Shown here piece by piece: positions 1-9,492 of a stretch of DNA of 64,000 bases. Position 1 is the first letter of the stretch. Every line of letters begins with the position of its first letter. The DNA comes from Bifidobacterium breve (GTDB lineage: Bacteria > Actinomycetota > Acidimicrobiia > IMCC26256 > JAENVU01): the NCBI GenBank assembly GCA_945865605.1, contig CAMBEL010000003.1, forward strand, positions 3,480-67,479, written 5' to 3'. Both the position numbers and the translations under genes were made by a program. Under the pieces are notes generated by a model, which saw nothing but the letters and a program-made list of their open reading frames with translations, searched no databases and had not been told where the DNA came from.

Positions 1-390
1 AACGAGCCAGTTGTGTTTTGTCACCGGCATCGTGATGCCGATCGTGTCGCACTCCTGGAACGCGTCCGTTCCAATCACCGAGAGCGGAACCTGACCCGTA
101 ATGACGACCAACGGAATGGAATCTAGATATGCGTCAGCCAAGGGGGTAACGATGTTCGTAGCGGCAGGCCCACTCGTGACCATCGCCACGCCCGGTCTTC
201 CAGTCGCGTGCGCATAGCCCTCGGCCATGTGGCCAGCGCCTTGTTCATGCCGTACAAGGATGTGCCGTATCGAACTCTCAATGAGCGGGTCGTAGACGGG
301 CAAAATCGCTCCGCCAGGGAGGCCAAACATGACCTCCGTGCCTTCCATCTCAAGGCTCTTGATGAGGGCTTGGGCCCCGGTGAGCTTCAT
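1..390 (-). CDS. ilvB: Acetolactate synthase large subunit (5' part, runs off window)
   Basis: Manual translation [34 protein letters not shown]...[14 protein letters not shown]...TSGPAATN; TPP-enzyme N-domain motifs; next to ilvD. Not in ORF track. Confidence 0.95.
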   Translation of the reverse strand, partial: MKLTGAQALIKSLEMEGTEVMFGLPGGAILPVYDPLIESSIRHILVRHEQGAGHMAEGYAHATGRPGVAMVTSGPAATNIVTPLADAYLDSIPLVVITGQVPLSVIGTDAFQECDTIGITMPVTKHNWLV

Positions 391-443
391 TCTTGCGGCT
401 CCTATCGGAGGATCACGACGTATGTCGATTGGGTCAACAACTG

Positions 444-468
444 AAAAACCCCCCGCATTTGCGAGGGG
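444..468 (-). terminator. Intrinsic terminator of the ilvB attenuator
   Basis: Minus strand CCCCTCGC-AAAT-GCGGGGGG-TTTTT, 54 nt upstream of the ilvB ATG. Confidence 0.85.
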
Positions 469-502
469 CAGTGGCGCACGGACGCGATTGATCGCCGTAC
501 GC

Positions 503-538
503 CTAAGTAACTACTACGGGGTCGGCGGAGCGAAACAT
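503..538 (-). CDS. ilvB leader peptide [11 protein letters not shown]
   Basis: ATG TTT CGC TCC GCC GAC CCC GTA GTA GTT ACT TAG; three tandem Val codons, then a hairpin and a terminator before ilvB. Confidence 0.8.
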   Translation of the reverse strand: MFRSADPVVVT

Positions 539-598
539 TCACCTAGGAGTATGCACCAACCTGAGCACTTCCGCAAGCCCTAATGCGGAATCGCCTGT

Positions 599-2275
599 TT
601 AGAGGTTAGTAACCGCGCCCATTTCGGCGCCTTGGGCAAGGCGTGCGTACTTCGCCAAGAAACCGGTCGGATAGCGGGGCTCGGGAACAACCCACGCTGC
701 ACGGCGGCGCTCCAACTCATCCTCAGCAACGAGCAGATCAATTGACAAGGCGCTGGCATCAATCACAATTTGGTCGCCGTCGCATACCAAAGCGATCGGT
801 CCCCCGTCGACCGCCTCAGGCGCTATATGCCCGACACAGAAGCCGTGCGTCCCACCGCTGAAGCGACCATCTGTAACCAAAGCTGCATCGAGACCCCTAC
901 CGGCGCCCTTCATCGCTCCGGTGACGGCAAGCATCTCTCGCATACCCGGGCCCCCCTTTGGCCCTTCGTAACGAATCACAACAACATCACCGGCCTTGAT
1001 CTTGCCGGCCAGGATTTCGTCCATCGCTGCTTGTTCTCCATCGAAGACCCGCGCGGTTCCTTCGAAGCGCAACTCATCTATACCCGCGATTTTTACTACG
1101 CCGCCTTGCGGTGCAAGTGAACCGCGCAGCACCGCTATTCCACCGAGAGCGTGGATCGGCGCAGAGAGCGGGTGAATCACTTCACCATCCGGTGCGGGTG
1201 GGTCCTGCTCGCGGATATTTTCCGCAATGGTTTTGCCGGTGACCGTTAGGCAATCTCCATGAAGTAATCCGGCGTCAAGAAGTTCGCGCATCACAACCGG
1301 CACACCACCGATTCGATCAATATCAAACATGTGGTACTTGCCGTGTGGTTTGGTATCAGCAATATGTGGAACGCGCGCACCGATGCGGTTGAAGTCATCG
1401 AGTTCCAGCGGCACGCGGGCCTCGTGAGCGATGGCTAGGAGATGCAGCACAGCATTCGTTGAGCCGCCAAGAGCCATAACGACTGCGATCGCGTTTTCGA
1501 ATGCTTGTTTTGTCATGATCTGGCTCGGTCGCAGATCCATCTCCAACAGGTTCATGACGGCCTGTCCGCTGGCGAAGGCAATGTCGTCACGGCGACTATC
1601 GACGGCCGCAGGTGATGCGCTTCCTGGAAGACTCATACCGAGCGCTTCGCCAACGCTCGCCATGGTGTTCGCTGTGAACATCCCTGCGCATGATCCTTCT
1701 CCTGGACAAGCAGCGCGTTCGATCTCTCCAAGTTCATTTTCGCTGATAGTGCCTGCGGCACAGGCCCCTACCGCTTCAAAGACGCTGACAATGTCAATAG
1801 CTTCATCGCCATGTTTCCCTGGAAGAATTGAACCGCCATAAACAAACACGCTCGGCAGATCGACTCTCGCGATCGCCATCAACATCCCCGGAAGTGACTT
1901 GTCGCATCCCGCGAAGCACACCAGGCCGTCGAACCTCTCCGAGTGCATAACGCATTCAACTGAGTCCGCGATGATCTCGCGACTTACGAGGGAACCGCGC
2001 ATGCCTTCGTGCCCCATCGAGATGCCATCGCTCACTGCGATCGTTACGAACTCGAGCGGAAAGCCGCCAGCGTCACGAACTCCCAGTTTGGCCTTCTTCG
2101 CCAAGCGGTCGAGCGGCAAGTTGCAAGGAGTGACCTCGTTCCAACTCGAAGCAACACCGATTTGGGACTTACCCCAGTCATTGTCGGTCATGCCCACCGC
2201 GCGCAACATCGCGCGCGCCGGAGCGCGTTCCATGCCGTCGGTTACCTGTCGACTACGAGGCTTCATGTCTGTCAT
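599..2275 (-). CDS. ilvD: Dihydroxy-acid dehydratase
   Basis: [41 protein letters not shown] motifs; start moved to MTDMKPRS. Confidence 0.97.
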   Translation of the reverse strand: MTDMKPRSRQVTDGMERAPARAMLRAVGMTDNDWGKSQIGVASSWNEVTPCNLPLDRLAKKAKLGVRDAGGFPLEFVTIAVSDGISMGHEGMRGSLVSREIIADSVECVMHSERFDGLVCFAGCDKSLPGMLMAIARVDLPSVFVYGGSILPGKHGDEAIDIVSVFEAVGACAAGTISENELGEIERAACPGEGSCAGMFTANTMASVGEALGMSLPGSASPAAVDSRRDDIAFASGQAVMNLLEMDLRPSQIMTKQAFENAIAVVMALGGSTNAVLHLLAIAHEARVPLELDDFNRIGARVPHIADTKPHGKYHMFDIDRIGGVPVVMRELLDAGLLHGDCLTVTGKTIAENIREQDPPAPDGEVIHPLSAPIHALGGIAVLRGSLAPQGGVVKIAGIDELRFEGTARVFDGEQAAMDEILAGKIKAGDVVVIRYEGPKGGPGMREMLAVTGAMKGAGRGLDAALVTDGRFSGGTHGFCVGHIAPEAVDGGPIALVCDGDQIVIDASALSIDLLVAEDELERRRAAWVVPEPRYPTGFLAKYARLAQGAEMGAVTNL

Positions 2276-2365
2276 GGGCCAAGAATGTAGACCCGCAAAG
2301 TCGGAAATCTGCCAGGCAGGACGCACAAGACCCGCGGCACCACCGATCTTCGGTACGGTTCAGGT

Positions 2366-3034
2366 ATGACAGACATTGGACTCATGTATGCATCAGTTCG
2401 AGAACGCCTCAGTAACCTCGTGCGCAATCTGTCGCAGGAGGAAGCCGTCACAAGGGTTCCGGCCTGCCCGGATTGGTCAGTTCACGACACCCTGGCTCAC
2501 CTCGTAGGCGTAGTAACGGACGTGAGCAGCGGCAACCTAGACGGCGCCGGTGAAGACCGATGGACAGCCGCTCAGGTTGACGCGCGTCGCGATGTGACGA
2601 TTACCGAGATGCTTGACGAATGGGCGCAAGGCTCGCCTGGCTTTGAGGATGGGATACGTGCGTTTGGTGGCGTGATGGCACAAGCGAGCGTCGCCGACGC
2701 GTGGAACCACGAGCAAGACATCCGTGGGGCGTTGGGAGTCATGGGCGGTCGCGATCTAGGGACCGAACTCGCTTCACTTGAGGGCTACATCGGTCTTCGT
2801 GCGGCGAACTTCGCTGATCTCGCGCCATTGAAATTTAATGCTGGTGAAACTATTTTTTCGACTGGTGATGGCGAACCGGGAGCGACCGTTACGGCTGAAC
2901 CGTTCGAGTTGGCCCGAATGATGTGCGGACGTCGCACCACCGCGCAGATGCGCTCATATGGCTGGGACGGCGATCCTGAACCGTACATAGCTGTGCTCGC
3001 CAAAGATTCCCCGCCCATCGCATTGCCCTGTTGA
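2366..3034 (+). CDS. Mycothiol-dependent maleylpyruvate isomerase (DinB-like/MDMPI) family protein
   Basis: VPACPDWSVHDTLAHL and DAWNHEQDIRGALG signatures. Confidence 0.85.
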   Translation: MTDIGLMYASVRERLSNLVRNLSQEEAVTRVPACPDWSVHDTLAHLVGVVTDVSSGNLDGAGEDRWTAAQVDARRDVTITEMLDEWAQGSPGFEDGIRAFGGVMAQASVADAWNHEQDIRGALGVMGGRDLGTELASLEGYIGLRAANFADLAPLKFNAGETIFSTGDGEPGATVTAEPFELARMMCGRRTTAQMRSYGWDGDPEPYIAVLAKDSPPIALPC

Positions 3035-3041
3035 GCGACGG

Positions 3042-4052
3042 GTGAAGGTAGACGCACCTCTAGTCACCGCTGGGCTCGACCAAGTCGCAACTGCAGCACT
3101 CGAGATCGAAAGGTCTGGCTACGACGGGGTCTACACATTCGAAGGACCGCACGATCCCTTCTTGCCGTTAGTTCTCGCTGCCGAACACACTGAGCGCGTC
3201 GAACTTATGACCGCGATCGCGATCGCATTCGCGCGCAGTCCGATGACCTTGGCGCAATTGAGTTGGGACCTACAATCCCTCTCTCGCGGTCGTGCGATTT
3301 TGGGACTTGGGTCGCAAATAAAACCTCACATCGAGCGGCGTTTCTCGATGCCATGGTCCGCACCCGCAGCACGTATGAGGGAATTCGTTCTTGCGATCCG
3401 CGCCATTTGGACGACCTGGCAGGAGCGAACGGCTCTCGACTTTCGCGGCACGTTCTATAGCCACACTTTGATGACTCCGTTTTTCGATCCGGGGCCGAAT
3501 CCTCATGGATTACCTCGCATATTTATCGCGGGAGTTGGACCTGCGATGACTGCCGTAGCGGGAGAAGTTGGCGACGGGTTCCTCGTTCACCCATTCTCGA
3601 CCGAGCGATTCTTACGCGAGTACACAATTCCGGCACTGCACGAAGGTCTTGATCGTGCAGGAAAAACCCATGACGGTTTTGAAGTTGCTTGGCCGATAAT
3701 GACCGTGACGGGAAATACCGAAGAACAGTTCGAACTTGCAACCGCTGCGACGCGCGCGCAAATTGCTTTCTATGCCTCTACGCCCGCGTACTCAGTCGTC
3801 CTGGCGGCACACGGCTGGGAAGCACTGCAACCGGAACTGAACCGCCTCTCGAAGGAGGGGCGCTGGACAGAAATGGCTGATCTGATTCCGGATGATCTTC
3901 TCGATACATTCGCAGTGCGCGGAACGCCAGAGCAACTTCCTGACCTCATTCGCGATCGCACACGCGGTCTCGTTGATCGCGTGGCATTCAACGCGCCCTA
4001 CCAGTCTGACCCGGTCATCTGGCAACGAGTCCTTGACGAACTCACGGCCTGA
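3042..4052 (+). CDS. F420-dependent LLM-class oxidoreductase (TIGR03617-like)
   Basis: EGPHDPFLPL, AIAFARSPM, LGLGSQIKPHIERRFSMPWSAP, FYASTPAY motifs. Confidence 0.9.
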   Translation: MKVDAPLVTAGLDQVATAALEIERSGYDGVYTFEGPHDPFLPLVLAAEHTERVELMTAIAIAFARSPMTLAQLSWDLQSLSRGRAILGLGSQIKPHIERRFSMPWSAPAARMREFVLAIRAIWTTWQERTALDFRGTFYSHTLMTPFFDPGPNPHGLPRIFIAGVGPAMTAVAGEVGDGFLVHPFSTERFLREYTIPALHEGLDRAGKTHDGFEVAWPIMTVTGNTEEQFELATAATRAQIAFYASTPAYSVVLAAHGWEALQPELNRLSKEGRWTEMADLIPDDLLDTFAVRGTPEQLPDLIRDRTRGLVDRVAFNAPYQSDPVIWQRVLDELTA

Positions 4053-4053
4053 A

Positions 4054-4911
4054 ATGGGTTATCGAATAGGCACAGCTGATGGCCTGCTTGAGCCACCCCA
4101 TAACCCAATAGATACCGGACCTGTACGCGTGTTTGGCGATGCCGCCGTTACAGCCGATGGGCGCGTGCTCTGGCAGGTTGTGGATAGTTGGAAGGTCCTC
4201 GCGAAGGCGCCTGGCCTCCTATGCGCACTCGATGCCCCAGGCGGGCTTCTCGTCGGGACTGAAGGAGCTCACCTACTTCGCATGGGTCGCGATGGCCTAG
4301 AACCAGTAGTCGGATTTGACGAGATAGACGGTCGCGCCACCTGGTACACGCCATGGGGCGGTCCGCCAGATCTGCGATCGCTAACCATCACAGCCGATGA
4401 TGTCTTACTTGCTTCAGTTCACGTGGGAGGTATCCCAAGGTCCGAGGATGGCGGCGCTTCATGGTTCCCGTCCATCGACATCGAAACAGATGTCCACCAG
4501 GTGCGCGCGGTTACCGGCCGATCTGGAGTGGTTGTTGCAGCGGCTGGAGTCGGCTGCTGCATCTCAGGGGATAACGGGGCCACCTGGACCGTGCGCGCCG
4601 AGGGGCTACATGCGCCATATTGCAGAGCAGTCGCAGTGACCGATGACCTGGTATTCGTCAGCGCCTCGGAAGGACCCCGCGGAAATAAGTGCGCTATTTA
4701 TCGCGCGGCGTTGGCCGGATCTGGAGACTTCCGGCGCGTCACCGATTGGGTAGATGGCAACGTAGATACAAATGCACTCGATGCACTAGACAGTTGCGTT
4801 GTATTCGGCACCCTCGCGGGGGCCATTTGGAGATCCGACGATCACGGAGCCACTTGGGAACGCGTGCAGCACGGGCTCTCTCCAGTGACGTCCGTGAGCA
4901 TCACTGCTTGA
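4054..4911 (+). CDS. BNR/Asp-box repeat beta-propeller protein
   Basis: Asp-boxes SEDGGASW, SGDNGATW, SDDHGATW and WYTPWGGPP motif; start set at ATG 4054 right after the upstream stop. Confidence 0.75.
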   Translation: MGYRIGTADGLLEPPHNPIDTGPVRVFGDAAVTADGRVLWQVVDSWKVLAKAPGLLCALDAPGGLLVGTEGAHLLRMGRDGLEPVVGFDEIDGRATWYTPWGGPPDLRSLTITADDVLLASVHVGGIPRSEDGGASWFPSIDIETDVHQVRAVTGRSGVVVAAAGVGCCISGDNGATWTVRAEGLHAPYCRAVAVTDDLVFVSASEGPRGNKCAIYRAALAGSGDFRRVTDWVDGNVDTNALDALDSCVVFGTLAGAIWRSDDHGATWERVQHGLSPVTSVSITA

Positions 4912-4946
4912 GGTTCTCGCGTGATCCTGCCTGCCGTTGACGTCGT

Positions 4947-6398
4947 TTAGTCGTGGAGCCGCTCGTCTAGAAGTTGGTTCAGCACCTTTGGATTCCCTTT
5001 GCTTCCACTCGTCTTCATCAGTTCACCCATCAAGAACCCGCGCTTCTTCTTGCGCGCTTTCTCATCTCCCGCCTTCCATTGCGCTATCGCATCTTCGTTG
5101 CGACCAAGTACTTCATCAACTAGCGCTGCGAGTTCGCCTTCATCATTCATCTGTGCAAGCCCTCGCCGCTCCACCACTTCGCGCGGCATTACAGGAGTTG
5201 CCAGGCATTCTTCAAGAACGTCCTTCGCGAGACTTCGCGAGAGCGTGTCGTCGGCCAATAGCGCGACCAATTCAGCAAGCCCTTCAGGCCGGAGAATCAA
5301 TGCCTCAGGTGTAGAACCGTGCTCGTTCAAATACCCGAGAATCTCGCCGGTACACCAATTAGTTACGTCCTTGCCGCTCCCGCCAGCAGCAACAGCCGCT
5401 TCGGCATACGCGCACAAAGCGCGATCGTCGACGAGGACGCGCGCGTCGCTCGACCCTATCCCCCAGTCCGAAATGAGTCTTTCCCTCTTGGGGGCTGGGA
5501 GTTCTGGAACCGACTCGCGCGCGACCTTGCGCATCTCATCGGTTGGAGCGACTGGCACCAAGTCTGGCTCGGGGAAGTACCGATAGTCGCTCGACCCTTC
5601 TTTCGAACGCATGCCGTGTGTAATACCAGCCACTTCGTCCCAATGGCGCGTCTCTTGAATGATCACTTCCTCCGAATCGAGCATCGCCGATTGACGTTCG
5701 ATTTCGGAATCAATTGCGCGCCCCAACGACCGCAACGAGTTCATATTCTTGATTTCTACTTTCGTTCCCAGAACATCTGTCGAGTTTGCGCGGAGCGACA
5801 CATTCGCATCGACGCGCATTGAACCTTCTTCCATTTTCACGTCTGAAATTCCAATGGTCGCCAAAATCGCGCGGAGTTCGCTCACATAACCGCGCGCTTG
5901 TTCCGCTGACCCCATATCTGGCCGACTGACTATCTCCAAGAGCGGAATACCTGCTCGGTTGTAATCAACAAGGCTGTAGTCCGCATCATGGATACGGCCG
6001 CCGCCGCCCATGTGGGTGGTCTTGCCTGTGTCCTCTTCCATATGCGCACGTTCGATTCTGATGCGCTCACCCGCAACGTCAATCCAACCGTCTACACAAA
6101 TCGGTTCATCGAATTGACTGACCTGAAAGTCTTTCGGCATGTCCGGATAGAAGTAGTTCTTGCGGTGGAATATGGAACTCGGAGGAACATCAAAATTCAG
6201 AGCCACGCCGAGGAGTAGAGCGAACTCGACCACGGTCCGATTCAGCACGGGCAGAGAACCCGGTAGACCCAAACAAACTGGACACACGTGAGTGTTTGGC
6301 TCAGCACCAAACTCATTCGCACATCCGCAAAAGAGTTTTGTACGGGTAGCTAGTTCGACGTGAACTTCGAGTCCGATAACCGTTTCATAGGTCGTCAT
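4947..6398 (-). CDS. gatB: Asp/Glu-tRNA amidotransferase subunit B
   Basis: [38 protein letters not shown]. Confidence 0.98.
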   Translation of the reverse strand: MTTYETVIGLEVHVELATRTKLFCGCANEFGAEPNTHVCPVCLGLPGSLPVLNRTVVEFALLLGVALNFDVPPSSIFHRKNYFYPDMPKDFQVSQFDEPICVDGWIDVAGERIRIERAHMEEDTGKTTHMGGGGRIHDADYSLVDYNRAGIPLLEIVSRPDMGSAEQARGYVSELRAILATIGISDVKMEEGSMRVDANVSLRANSTDVLGTKVEIKNMNSLRSLGRAIDSEIERQSAMLDSEEVIIQETRHWDEVAGITHGMRSKEGSSDYRYFPEPDLVPVAPTDEMRKVARESVPELPAPKRERLISDWGIGSSDARVLVDDRALCAYAEAAVAAGGSGKDVTNWCTGEILGYLNEHGSTPEALILRPEGLAELVALLADDTLSRSLAKDVLEECLATPVMPREVVERRGLAQMNDEGELAALVDEVLGRNEDAIAQWKAGDEKARKKKRGFLMGELMKTSGSKGNPKVLNQLLDERLHD

Positions 6399-7819
6399 CG
6401 GAGCCCCTCTACCGCGCGCGCTACCGTGAACATCACCGATTCACCGAGCGCGGGGGCAAGTACTTGAACGCCGATCGGCAGGCCCTCTGCTCCGGTCCCG
6501 AACGGAACACTCATCGCTGCATGCCCTGCCAAGTTCGTAGGAATCGTGCAGATGTCACTCATGTACATAGCGAGTGGATCCGCAGTCTTTGCACCAATTT
6601 TGAATGCCTCGGTCGGGGCGGTCGGAGATAGAAGTACGTCGAACCGTTCGTATGCCTGTGCGAAATCACCGATGATGAGCGTGCGAACTTTTTGGGCTTG
6701 TCCGTAATAGGCGTCGTAATAACCCGCCGAAAGCGCGTAGGTGCCGAGCATGATGCGCCGCTTCACTTCTGCGCCAAAGCCAGCCGCCCTCGTTTTAGCA
6801 TTCATCTCCGCCACGTCAGCACCGTCGACGCGCAATCCATATCGCACCCCGTCATAACGCGCAAGATTGCTCGAGGCCTCTGCAGGAGCAATTAGGTAAT
6901 AAGCCGAGAGTCCATACGCGCAACTAGGAATGCTCACCCGCTCAATGTGTGCACCAGATCCTTCGAGGCCAGACGCCGCTCGTTCCACCGATGCGCGCAC
7001 TTCGGGAGCAATGCCCTCTAAATCGGTGAGTTCCTCGATGATGCCGATACGCAAACCCGACACGTCCGACCCAGCCCCGATTGGATCTGGCTGCGATGGA
7101 ATAGATGTCGAGTCCATTTGATCTGGACCCCAAATCGTTTCCAGGAGAAGTGCTGCGTCGTCGACGGTTGTTGCGAATGGTCCAATCTGATCAAGACTCG
7201 AAGCGAATGCAATGAGCCCGTAGCGCGACACACGTCCGTACGTTGGCTTGACGCCTACAACGCCGCAGAATGCTGCCGGTTGTCTAATTGAACCGCCGGT
7301 GTCCGATCCGAGTGCGAGCGGCACATACCCCGCCGACACAGCAGCGGCGCTTCCGCCGCTCGAACCACCTGGTACGCGCGTCATGTCATGGGGATTGCGC
7401 GTAGGCCCGAAGGCCGAGTTTTCAGTAGATGAGCCCATCGCAAACTCATCGAGGTTTGTTTTGGCGATCGGTATTGCACCCGCAGCCAAGAGGCGCTCTA
7501 CGACGGTGGCAGTGTATGGAGGCCTCCAACCTTCGAGAATTTTCGATGAACAGGTCGTGAGTTCACCCTGCACGCAAAGGTTGTCCTTAAGCGCGATTGG
7601 CACACCGGCGAGCGGGCCGGGATCTTCACCGTGCGCGACGGCTGCGTCGATGGCACCCGCTCGCGCACGCGCTGAGTCGGCCATCACCTCATTGCACGCA
7701 TGCAACTCCTCTTCACGCGAGCTGATCGCGGCCAGTGCCTCTTCAACGACTGACCTCGCCGATCGATCACCGGATCGAACCGCGGCCGCGGTCTCCACGG
7801 CTGTCTTTGCACCGGTCAT
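6395..7819 (-). CDS. gatA: Asp/Glu-tRNA amidotransferase subunit A
   Basis: Amidase signature [10 protein letters not shown] / [12 protein letters not shown]; [14 protein letters not shown]. Confidence 0.98.
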   Translation of the reverse strand: MTGAKTAVETAAAVRSGDRSARSVVEEALAAISSREEELHACNEVMADSARARAGAIDAAVAHGEDPGPLAGVPIALKDNLCVQGELTTCSSKILEGWRPPYTATVVERLLAAGAIPIAKTNLDEFAMGSSTENSAFGPTRNPHDMTRVPGGSSGGSAAAVSAGYVPLALGSDTGGSIRQPAAFCGVVGVKPTYGRVSRYGLIAFASSLDQIGPFATTVDDAALLLETIWGPDQMDSTSIPSQPDPIGAGSDVSGLRIGIIEELTDLEGIAPEVRASVERAASGLEGSGAHIERVSIPSCAYGLSAYYLIAPAEASSNLARYDGVRYGLRVDGADVAEMNAKTRAAGFGAEVKRRIMLGTYALSAGYYDAYYGQAQKVRTLIIGDFAQAYERFDVLLSPTAPTEAFKIGAKTADPLAMYMSDICTIPTNLAGHAAMSVPFGTGAEGLPIGVQVLAPALGESVMFTVARAVEGLR

Positions 7820-8118
7820 TGCGTTTCACCCATGATGCGCGGAACTCGAAAACGTCGATCCTCGGTCGCAGGCGCCGCAGCAAGAACCTCGTCACGATCC
7901 AGCGATGGCCTCGGGGCATCGTCTCGCAAGACGTTCGTTAGATGGATCGGGTGGGCGGTCGGCTCGATGTCCGAGAGGTCTAGAGCGGCTACGTCTTCAG
8001 CGTGCTCGAGGATGACACCGAGTTCTTCCGCTAGTTGTGATGCTTCGGAGTCAGTGATGGAAAGACGCGCAAGATTCGCAACATGGCGCACTTGTTCAGG
8101 TGAGATCCGTGGAGACAC
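7816..8118 (-). CDS. gatC: Asp/Glu-tRNA amidotransferase subunit C
   Basis: [10 protein letters not shown] ... FRVPRI; position upstream of gatA. Confidence 0.96.
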   Translation of the reverse strand: MSPRISPEQVRHVANLARLSITDSEASQLAEELGVILEHAEDVAALDLSDIEPTAHPIHLTNVLRDDAPRPSLDRDEVLAAAPATEDRRFRVPRIMGETQ

Positions 8119-8127
8119 GTGACGATC

Positions 8128-8439
8128 CTATGGGTAGGGGTCCTGTGGACCACCGGCGTATTGCCACCACTCTTCGGGCGCAGGCTGCCAATCTGGGTCA
8201 GGAACGATGCAGTCGACGGGGCAAACGGGCGGAAGACACTTGCCACAGTTGCTACAGAGTTCGGGGACGATGATCACATCGATGCCGTGGTTAAAGATTG
8301 CCCCGAACTGCGGTGGGCATTGACGCAAGCATGCATCGCAGTTGATGCAGATCGACATGTCTATGCGCAGCGGAGCAGTCAACCACTTAGGGTTGCGTTC
8401 GCGTGAGGCGATGCGCTGAAGACGGGTAGGCGCTTCCAT
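8128..8439 (-). CDS. 2x[4Fe-4S] ferredoxin-like protein
   Basis: CINCDACLRQCP and CSNCGKCLPPVCP cysteine clusters. Confidence 0.88.
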   Translation of the reverse strand: MEAPTRLQRIASRERNPKWLTAPLRIDMSICINCDACLRQCPPQFGAIFNHGIDVIIVPELCSNCGKCLPPVCPVDCIVPDPDWQPAPEEWWQYAGGPQDPYP

Positions 8440-8554
8440 TGCCGCAAATCTAGACGGGACCGTTTACGGTCTGGCCAAGCGCCCAAACTCGACTACCGAG
8501 GCGGTGCATCTGTAATGTCGCATCCCTTATCTCTTTACCGCCTAGGAGGCAATC

Positions 8555-8947
8555 GTGTCTAAGTTCCCATTCCTGTCCGACGAGTGGTTCACTGCCGTTG
8601 AGAACCTCCTAGAAGAACATGGTGCCGATGCGCCACAGGGCCAGAGCGTCGCAGTGAATGTTGTGGTCACTGGCTCACCGTATGGGGACGAGCGCGAAAT
8701 GCACATAGGTGCCCGTGACGGGAAGGCTCAAATGGGCAAGGGAGCACTCGAAGGTGCAGACGTAACCCTCACGACCGACTACGAAACAGCCAAAGAGGTG
8801 TTCGTCTCTGGTAATCCACAAGCAGGCATGCAGGCGTTCATGGCTGGCAAGGTCAAGGTGACAGGCGACATGACCAAGCTCATGATGTCGCAACAGGGCG
8901 GCGGGAACCAGGCACTACAAGATGCGGTTCAAGGAGTTACTGAATAG
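8555..8947 (+). CDS. SCP2 sterol/lipid-binding domain protein
   Basis: FLSDEW N-terminus, QAFMAGKVKVTGDMTKLM; AGGAGG RBS. Confidence 0.88.
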   Translation: MSKFPFLSDEWFTAVENLLEEHGADAPQGQSVAVNVVVTGSPYGDEREMHIGARDGKAQMGKGALEGADVTLTTDYETAKEVFVSGNPQAGMQAFMAGKVKVTGDMTKLMMSQQGGGNQALQDAVQGVTE

Positions 8948-8956
8948 TTAAGCGGC

Positions 8957-9100
8957 TCAATCCTGGGAATCGCGTAATTGTCGACTTCGGCCCTTGCGAG
9001 TCGCGCGCTTCTTGGCCGGGGCCGCTACCGATAGTGGTGGCATAGCCAAAACTACCGGATATCCGTTTGTGCCTGAAGGAGGCTTCGCAAACATCATCAC
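8957..9100 (-). CDS. Possible small basic protein (47 aa)
   Basis: Manual translation MMMFAKPPSGTNGYPVVLAMPPLSVAAPAKKRATRKGRSRQLRDSQD; converges on the SCP2 gene; weak RBS. Confidence 0.35.
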   Translation of the reverse strand: MMMFAKPPSGTNGYPVVLAMPPLSVAAPAKKRATRKGRSRQLRDSQD

Positions 9101-9124
9101 GACCCCGCGTTCGGGTACCGGGCC

Positions 9125-9420
9125 GATGCTGATTTTTGCAGTGCGCGGTCAGGTATCTCACGACCATGAGGTTTCACAAACTGGAACCGTCAGGCCCCAG
9201 GGTTAAGGGCCCCGTACCCCACGACATGCAGCAGTCATCTGGACCGTAGACCCCACCGGTCGGGCCAACCTAGGCGCGGGAGTCGTAGCTGGGTCGGTCA
9301 GTACGTCGAACGGTGCGACGATTGCACTCGCTCCTGTCACTGGTCGGGTGATCTCCCTATGGGAATCGGTGAGACAGGACTCCTTGAGTTCATAAGTGAC
9401 CTGAACCGTGATGGAGCATC
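9125..9420 (-). ncRNA. Candidate structured non-coding RNA (~300 nt), family unknown
   Basis: Ends are complementary in three stacked segments enclosing several hairpins; TA-rich -10-like element just upstream on minus; no credible long ORF. Confidence 0.45.
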
Positions 9421-9492
9421 TCTCTCAGGTATATAACCAGATTCGAAAACGAAACGAAGGGGGGACTCCGTTTCCCCTACCCTGAGCCGAGC

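Noticed and set aside
9101-9206. Two in-frame TGA codons upstream of the small basic ORF (selenoprotein or readthrough?)
   Set aside because: The frame is closed by TAA shortly upstream; no redox-motif context or recognisable SECIS.
9203-9340. 45-aa minus-strand GTG ORF inside the candidate RNA
   Set aside because: No recognisable motif and ORFs this size are common by chance at this GC; not excluded, but unsupported.
9358-9410. GGGAATCGGTGAGA ... GACCTG resembles cobalamin riboswitch elements
   Set aside because: No complementary ATCCG after GGTGAGA, no CCCGCAACTGT or full B12 box, and the downstream gene is not B12-related.
9406-9430. GGAGCA...CTCTCAGG resembles a glycine riboswitch core
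   Set aside because: No room for the P3 stem, no upstream GGAGA/GCCGAAG pairing, and no glycine gene downstream.
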